From: Octopus sinensis
Lineage: Eukaryota
Assembly: GCF_006345805.1 (NCBI RefSeq)
Contig: NW_021824561.1
Span: 1-17,899, forward strand
Direction of reading: 5' to 3'
DNA length: 17,899 nt
Below the pieces are notes generated by a model. That model searched no databases and had not been told where the DNA came from. It was given only the letters and a program-made list of their open reading frames with translations. Both the position numbers and the translations under genes were made by a program. This document shows positions 17,787-17,899 of the stretch, piece after piece (position 1 is the stretch's first letter; every line of letters begins with the position of its first letter).

Positions 17787-17899
17787 CACACACACACACA
17801 CACGCACATATATATTTATGTATATATTTATGTGTGTATATATATGTGTGTATAGGTATAAATATATAGGTATATATATATATATATGAGTATATATAT
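17787..17899. repeat. (CA)n then imperfect (TA)n/(TG)n
   Basis: Direct reading. Confidence 0.9.

Overview
Eukaryotic, repeat-saturated, apparently non-coding (intergenic or intronic) DNA. The SINE families and microsatellite load look like an octopus/coleoid cephalopod genome; this is inference from recognition, not a database search. No host protein-coding gene or true RNA gene can be supported, and nearly all supplied ORFs are microsatellite or SINE artefacts. Contents: (i) three tRNA-derived SINE groups, here called A, B and C, many with clean 12-17 bp target-site duplications (TSDs); (ii) decayed RTE-clade and CR1-like LINE 3' ends; (iii) two MITE-like elements; (iv) many simple repeats. 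Three structures stand out. First, a Penelope-like cluster at 7681-8490 carries minimal type-I hammerhead-like motifs with a non-canonical core (CUGU instead of CUGA), a perfect 123-bp inverted repeat and a 13-bp TSD. Second, group A SINEs occur as 'one head + n tandem bodies' with a recurrent fixed junction (AAAGAAATA|GGTATTTCG), suggesting circular/multimeric RNA templates, template jumping or self-targeting. Third, a 132-bp inverted duplication of local sequence is fused to a headless SINE.
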